54,997 bases of DNA, from positions 1-54,997 of the forward strand of contig JBBRGG010000001.1 of the NCBI GenBank assembly GCA_038240875.1, in the 5' to 3' direction. This stretch comes from Phycisphaerales bacterium (lineage in GTDB: Bacteria; Planctomycetota; Phycisphaerae; Phycisphaerales; UBA1924). This document shows, piece by piece, positions 10,369-15,243 of this stretch (positions within the stretch are counted from its first letter, which is position 1; each line of letters starts with the position of its first letter). Both the position numbers and the translations under genes were made by a program. The notes under the pieces were generated by a model. That model was not told the origin of the DNA. It did no database searches and saw nothing but the letters and a program-made list of their open reading frames with translations.

Positions 10369-10545
10369 ATTACCGGCTAAGCATACAACGAATTTACCTT
10401 TGGGTACCCCCTCTCTCCGAGATGGGGCATTGCATTTGTGTCTTTGCATTTCGTGCCACCATGATTGTTTCAATCGTGGTGCTGCCTTTGGTTCTGTCTT
10501 TACCTTCCTCTTGGGTACCCCAACTCTCCGAGAGGGGGCTTTGTC
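10369..10545 (+). repeat. Two-hairpin intergenic repeat element, locus 1 (H1-H2-H1)
   Basis: H1 is TTGGGTACCCCCTCTCTCCGAGATGGGG (10400-10428). H2 is CACCATGATTG-TTT-CAATCGTGGTG (10457-10481). A second, degenerate H1 lies at 10511-10539. Near-identical to 12086..12292. Confidence 0.85.
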
Positions 10546-10662
10546 TTCTGCTTTTCTACTCTGAATTACGGCTGTTTCCTCTTTGTTCTCTCGATATTTT
10601 CCTCCTCAACACAACTGTTCTTTAAGCGTGTAACCTCTCGCTCCACTGAGCATCTCACACAC

Positions 10663-12084
10663 ATGAGCACACATACCAATCAATCCCACTTGTCCCAATC
10701 CCAATCCCAATCCCAATCCCACTCCCACTCCCAATCCAAATCCCAAACTCGTGGCACGTTCCGCTGGACCCTTCGCCTCTTAGGCATCTCCGCGTCGTGC
10801 CTCGTTCCCATGACCGCGGCCGCGCTCGCCCAAGGCACCGCTACCGAACCGGCCCCCACCTCTGCCCCCACCTCTGCCCCCGCAGCGGCTTCCCCAGCGC
10901 CCGCGCCTCCCAAGGTCAATCTCAAAGAGCACAACCTCGGCAAAAAGTCCCTCGCGATCCAAGGCTACGACCCAGTCGCTTATCACCCCGAAGGCGGCAA
11001 CAAGCCCACCAAAGGCCTCGACACCATCACCGTCACGCACGAGGGCGAGGTCTATCGCTTCGCCACGCAGACCAACGCCGACGCCTTCAAGGCCAACCCC
11101 GCCAAATACACTCCAACCTACGGCGGCTGGTGCGCATGGGCCGTCGCCAAGAACAAGAAAGTCGAGATCGACCCCAAGGCCTACTCCGTCGAAAATGGCC
11201 AGCTCTATCTTTTCTACAGCGGTGACCAGGTCGAAGACTGGAACAAATCTCCCGATACCTATCGCCGCAAGGCCGACACCGCCTGGCTGAAAATCTCGAA
11301 CGAAAGCCGCGTCGCTCAAGATGCGTATGCCAAGCACGTCGAGGAGGCAGCAAAGATGAAGGCCGAAGCACCCATGGCTACTCCGACAAATCCCGTCGCC
11401 GCCAAGCCCCTCGCCGCCGAACTGACCAAGATCCGCGACAATTTCAACGCCAAAGCCCCCGAAGAAATCAAGGTCGCCTTCGAGCAAGGCATCAAAGACG
11501 TCGACGCCCTCAACCTCTCCAAAACTGGCCTCCAAATCGGCCAAACCGTTCCCGACTTCACCCTCCCCAACACCGAAGGCGGCAACACCACCCTCGCCAC
11601 CGAGCTCGCCAAGGGTCCCGTTGTCGTCACCTTCTACCGTGGCGGCTGGTGCCCCTACTGCAACGTCCAACTCAAAGCTATGGATAGCAAGATCAAAGAG
11701 TTCGACGCCTTGGGCACTCGCATCCTCGCCATCAGCCCGCAGCTCTCACACGCTTCGCTCACAACCAAAAAGAACGACGTTCTGACCTTCCCCGTTCTCT
11801 CCGACGTGAACAACAAGGTCGCCACTTCCTTTGGCATCGCCTATGAAATGCCCAAGGTCGTCACCGACAAAATCCAGCTCGACTTCGCCGATTACAACGG
11901 CTCTGTAAATGGCGCCAAGCTTCCTCTCGCCGCTACCTACATCATCGGCACCGACGGCAAAATCGCATGGTCCTACGTCAAGTCCGACTACCGCGAACGC
12001 GCCGAACCCGACGACATTCTCGCCGCCCTCCGCGCCATGAAGGCCGCGGCCACGACAACTCCCGCCGCTGCGGCCAAGCCCTGA
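10663..12084 (+). CDS. Fusion protein: signal peptide + YHS-like domain + AhpC/TSA-family peroxiredoxin/thioredoxin-fold domain
   Basis: Start re-picked at ATG 10663 (MSTHTNQ...), downstream of the repeat element. The YHS-(seleno)protein-like block is LAIQGYDPVAYH...VYRFATQTNADAFKANPAKYTPTYGGWCAWAV. The redoxin block is GQTVPDFTLPNTEGG...VVVTFYRGGWCPYCNVQLKAM...ILAISPQ. Confidence 0.8.
   Translation: MSTHTNQSHLSQSQSQSQSHSHSQSKSQTRGTFRWTLRLLGISASCLVPMTAAALAQGTATEPAPTSAPTSAPAAASPAPAPPKVNLKEHNLGKKSLAIQGYDPVAYHPEGGNKPTKGLDTITVTHEGEVYRFATQTNADAFKANPAKYTPTYGGWCAWAVAKNKKVEIDPKAYSVENGQLYLFYSGDQVEDWNKSPDTYRRKADTAWLKISNESRVAQDAYAKHVEEAAKMKAEAPMATPTNPVAAKPLAAELTKIRDNFNAKAPEEIKVAFEQGIKDVDALNLSKTGLQIGQTVPDFTLPNTEGGNTTLATELAKGPVVVTFYRGGWCPYCNVQLKAMDSKIKEFDALGTRILAISPQLSHASLTTKKNDVLTFPVLSDVNNKVATSFGIAYEMPKVVTDKIQLDFADYNGSVNGAKLPLAATYIIGTDGKIAWSYVKSDYRERAEPDDILAALRAMKAAATTTPAAAAKP
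10693..10747. repeat. Hexanucleotide (TCCCAA/TCCCAC) microsatellite inside the CDS, encoding an SQSQSQSQSHSHSQSKSQ tract
   Basis: Direct reading: gtcccaatcccaatcccaatcccaatcccactcccactcccaatccaaatcccaaac. Confidence 0.9.
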
Positions 12085-12085
12085 A

Positions 12086-12292
12086 TTACCGGCTAAGCAT
12101 ACAACGAATTTGCCTTTGAATACCCCCTCTCTCCGAGAGGGGGCTTTGCTTTGGTGTCTTTGCATTTCGTGCCACCATGATTGTTTCAATCGTGGTGCTG
12201 CCTTTGCCTTTGTATTTCCTTTGCCTTTGTATTTCCTTTGCCTTTGTCTTTGTCTTGCCTTTGGGTACCCCCTCTCTCCGAGAGGGGGTCTT
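12086..12292 (+). repeat. Two-hairpin intergenic repeat element, locus 2 (H1-H2-[17-bp tandem]-H1)
   Basis: Perfect 9-bp hairpins CCCCCTCTC-TCC-GAGAGGGGG at 12123-12143 and 12268-12288. H2 is CACCATGATTG-TTT-CAATCGTGGTG at 12173-12197. An internal CCTTTGCCTTTGTATTT tandem lies at about 12201-12255. Confidence 0.88.
12123..12156 (+). terminator. Candidate intrinsic terminator for the peroxiredoxin fusion gene (the H1 hairpin of the repeat)
   Basis: A 9-bp GC-rich perfect stem with a 3-nt loop starts 39 nt after the stop codon and is followed by CTTTGCTTTGGTG. The T-tract is interrupted, so this is only moderate. Confidence 0.4.
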
Positions 12293-12423
12293 TCGATTTT
12301 GTATGCCTGTGCTATAAACAAACACACATACAACACAGATCACTTCGGCAGAATGGCCCCAATAGCGCTGCGCCGCGCATGTGCCCCCTACATTTAACTC
12401 TCACCCTGCCAAAGGAATCAATC

Positions 12424-13407
12424 ATGGCTAAACGTGCCCTGACCAACGCCGCTCCGCTCGAAGTCACCAAGACCTACAAGCTCTTCATCAACGGCGCGTT
12501 CCCCCGCACCGAGAGTGGCCGCTCCCTCGTGATCCACTCACGCAACAGCACACAAGCCAATCCCGTCGTCTTCGCGCACATCTGCCACGCCTCGCGCAAA
12601 GATCTTCGCGAGGCCGTCGAAGCCGCCCGCGCCGCGCTTCCCAAGTGGTCCGCGACTGCTCCCTACACCCGCGGCCAGATCCTCTACCGCCTCGCCGAAA
12701 TGATGCAAGGCAAGGCCGCCGAACTCGCCGACGCACTCGAACACATCGCCTCTTCCCCTTCTCCAACCAAGCCCGCTTCCAAGCCCTCAACCAAAGTGAC
12801 CAGTGGCGTGCGCACAAATAAGGCCACTTCGGCTTTAACACTTTCGCCGCGCGACGAAGTCTCACTCGCCATCGACACCGTCGTCCACCACGCAGGTTGG
12901 GCCGACAAGCTCGCGCAAGTCCTCGGCACCAACAACCCCGTCAGCGGCCCCTACTACAACTTCACCATCCCCGAGTCCGTCGGCGTCGCCGCCTGCATCG
13001 CCCCCGATGCCCCACCACTGCTCGGCCTCGTTTCGCTCCTCGCCCCCGCACTCGCCACCGGTTCGACCACCATCGTCATCGCGAGCGACGCCAACCCAAT
13101 CCCTGCGTGTATCTTGGCCGAGGCGTGCGCAACGTCTGACATTCCAGCCGGTGTAGTCAACATCCTGACCGGCCTGCGCGATGAACTACTGACACACATC
13201 GCCCAGCACCGTGACATCGACGCAATACTCGCTGCGTCACCATCTCCTGCCAACGCCGCGATCATCCGCACCGGCGTCGCCGAAAGCATCAAACGCGTTT
13301 CTATCTTCGAGCCCGCCGATTGGAAAGCCTCGCGCGCAACCCATGGCTTGTCATGGATCGAGCCCAGCGTCGAATACAAAACGATCTGGCATCCCTCAGC
13401 GGTCTGA
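12424..13407 (+). CDS. Aldehyde-dehydrogenase-like protein lacking the catalytic domain (probably non-catalytic)
   Basis: Start re-picked at ATG 12424 (MAKRALTNAAPLEVTKTYKLFINGAFPRTESG), a classic ALDH N-terminus. AGWADK is present. PWNFP is replaced by APDAPP. The sequence stops aligning after SIKRVSIFE (equivalent to NLKRVTLELGGK) and jumps to a C-terminal EYKTIW strand. Only 327 aa. Confidence 0.7.
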   Translation: MAKRALTNAAPLEVTKTYKLFINGAFPRTESGRSLVIHSRNSTQANPVVFAHICHASRKDLREAVEAARAALPKWSATAPYTRGQILYRLAEMMQGKAAELADALEHIASSPSPTKPASKPSTKVTSGVRTNKATSALTLSPRDEVSLAIDTVVHHAGWADKLAQVLGTNNPVSGPYYNFTIPESVGVAACIAPDAPPLLGLVSLLAPALATGSTTIVIASDANPIPACILAEACATSDIPAGVVNILTGLRDELLTHIAQHRDIDAILAASPSPANAAIIRTGVAESIKRVSIFEPADWKASRATHGLSWIEPSVEYKTIWHPSAV

Positions 13408-13454
13408 ACGACTCACGCAAACCCGCTCACACTCACCTAGTTTGTGCGCACAAA

Positions 13455-14177
13455 TCAGGCTACTGAATTGTTCTCATTCTGAGCCCGTCCAAGCTCAAAC
13501 GCCCTGATTGTCAGGTGCACACCCGCGCACAAGAACGCGACGAACAGCATGCCGCCCAAGATCGCAGTCGTGGGCGCGATCCATGAAGGCATCGACGCCA
13601 TCGCGTCCTCGATTACGCCGCGCTTCCAAACCGCAATTACACCAAGCACAACGGGTATCCACGTGGCGAAGGCTTTGATCGCGGTTGTCCGCGCACTGGC
13701 GTTTCGCCCCAGCACCGTCAGCACGGCGATGCCGCCGATGACTCCCGCGATAGCTGATCGGATCAGAACGTACTCACGCAGTGATATGGGCTCACCACTA
13801 CCACTGACATACAGCACCTGCCCGACGCTCATAAATGCGAGAACGCTTGAACCAAAGACCGTGCCAGCGATGCACAGCAGCGCGAGCCCGGGTGCCTCAG
13901 CAAATCGCTCGAAGGCAACTAGCACCGCAAGAATTCCCGCGGCGAGCGTGATCGCCTCAAATGCCGCAAAGTTCCATAAAGGCGATGGCCCCACGAAGAT
14001 AGAAAGCACCATCATTCCAAGAGCTGTCACAACAATTGCAACGCCCAGCACGCCGACAAGCACGCGCGAAGGCTTCCACACCGGATAGGTGTTGAACTCC
14101 CCTTGGGTAGGCGACGCCTGGGAGCTCTTGATATGCGGCAATTTAACCGAAGCACTTTGGCCACTTGATTCTGGCAT
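13455..14177 (-). CDS. Hypothetical polytopic membrane protein
   Basis: 240-aa ORF with about 6 hydrophobic spans (VLVGVLGVAIVVTALGMMVLSIFV, FEAITLAAGILAVLVAF, LLCIAGTVFGSSVLAFM and others). No recognisable family motif. Confidence 0.55.
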   Translation of the reverse strand: MPESSGQSASVKLPHIKSSQASPTQGEFNTYPVWKPSRVLVGVLGVAIVVTALGMMVLSIFVGPSPLWNFAAFEAITLAAGILAVLVAFERFAEAPGLALLCIAGTVFGSSVLAFMSVGQVLYVSGSGEPISLREYVLIRSAIAGVIGGIAVLTVLGRNASARTTAIKAFATWIPVVLGVIAVWKRGVIEDAMASMPSWIAPTTAILGGMLFVAFLCAGVHLTIRAFELGRAQNENNSVA

Positions 14178-15243
14178 ACGCCCCTGCTCTTTTGAGATTG
14201 ACCCCGAGGAAAACCGCTGGAATCACGTTGAAGCATTTAGCCAACGCTCGATCACTTGCTGTACGAGCATATCCACATTTGGTTCGTGGCCAAGGCGAGC
14301 AACTCGCGCGCTGCCGACTTGAAACGATGTATCTCTTTCTTCGTCCAACTTGGCTTCCAGTTTGAGAACTTTATGGGGCCTATCGCCAGGTGGTTTCGAC
14401 ATTACCAATATTCGAGATTCTCAACGCGAACACTTGTTCTAGGTGTTGGTTTAAACATCTAAACTTGTCCTGAATTACGCGTGCGTTATTAGCATGCGTG
14501 TGCATGCGCAGGTTCTGCGCAATTTAATCAATCTGTTATCGGTCTTTCCGATCTATTCGTGCACCCAATATCACATGTTCAAACGATACCCACGCGCAAT
14601 GAAGGGCACCCCTGTACAACGCCGATGAACTGTTACGCCAACATCTTTTAAGCGAAAGCCCAATGAACACATGCTGGCGGAAAATGGTGCGAAGCGTTTA
14701 GACGCAACAACGTCGCGGCGTTGAGCGAAAGCAGAACGCGTGTTGGCATCGTGTGTGCGTATGTCACAGGAATCAAGACACAAGCATCTTTTGCCACTGG
14801 CCTTAGCTCCGAACAGCCAGTGTGCGGCAACGAACGAGGGTCCTGTCATGATCAACAACCCCAATCACATTGCAAAGAACTCGGGCGTTTTTGCGCTGCA
14901 GAATTTCCGCGCGCACCCGGCGATCGATCGCGCTCGCCGAATGCATGCGAGGGTTCTGTCAGCGTGGACCATGGATCTGCTCTGGATTCGCCAGCAACAG
15001 TTGCACATTCCAGGCTATCGCGATCACACGGGGGACGCGATCCAGCCCCTTGCGCCGCAGACCTTGGGCATGCAATCTGCTTCATTGTGCTTTGCGACTC
15101 CTCGTCCGCCACGGTGGGCCGATGCACGCAAAGCGGCGTAACGCCTGCCCACGACCGATCAACCAACGAGCTTCTACAGCGGCTCATCTTCAGGCTTCAT
15201 GTTTCAGCTTCACGTTCAGCACAGGCATTTGGGAGGAATCACC

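Noticed and set aside
11120-11140. Selenocysteine (UGA) recoding in the YHS-like GGWC motif
   Set aside because: The codon is TGC (Cys) and the reading frame is continuous. No in-frame TGA or SECIS-like hairpin follows.
10780-11670. Long antisense or alternative-frame ORFs inside well-supported genes: 10780..11670, 28436..28990, 41609..42262, 45301..46182, 46659..47372, 15360..16034 and 16752..17519.
   Set aside because: They are typical stop-poor shadow frames of GC-rich coding sequence. Their products are low-complexity (G/A/R/P-rich) with no motifs. Each fully overlaps a gene whose product has clear family signatures.
10039-12336. Paralogous small proteins. Minus-strand ORFs 10039..10473 and 11746..12336 both begin or contain MKQSWWHEMQRH...SRREGV.KGKFVV. 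Plus-strand peptides begin MFQSWCCL / MLQSWCCL (10465, 12181, 34478, 34690).
   Set aside because: They are by-products of the duplicated segment and the hairpin repeat. The minus ORFs run antisense to the peroxiredoxin gene or fragment. Repeat unit lengths are not multiples of 3, the frames differ between copies, and the true genes have good downstream ATG starts (10663, 12424).
14223-15141. Candidate genes upstream of fliD, such as flaG or flgM: 14223..14408 (-), 14571..14864 (-) and 14740..15141 (+).
   Set aside because: They show no similarity to FlaG/FlgM signatures. Third-position GC is atypically low, no RBS is present, and the ORFs overlap one another. The 59-aa minus-strand ORF (ATG 14402) cannot be excluded as a real small protein, but support is weak.
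15140-15165. Sigma-28 promoter upstream of fliD (ACCGATCA preceded by TAAC)
   Set aside because: The spacer is 11 nt instead of 15, and there are two mismatches in the -10 element.
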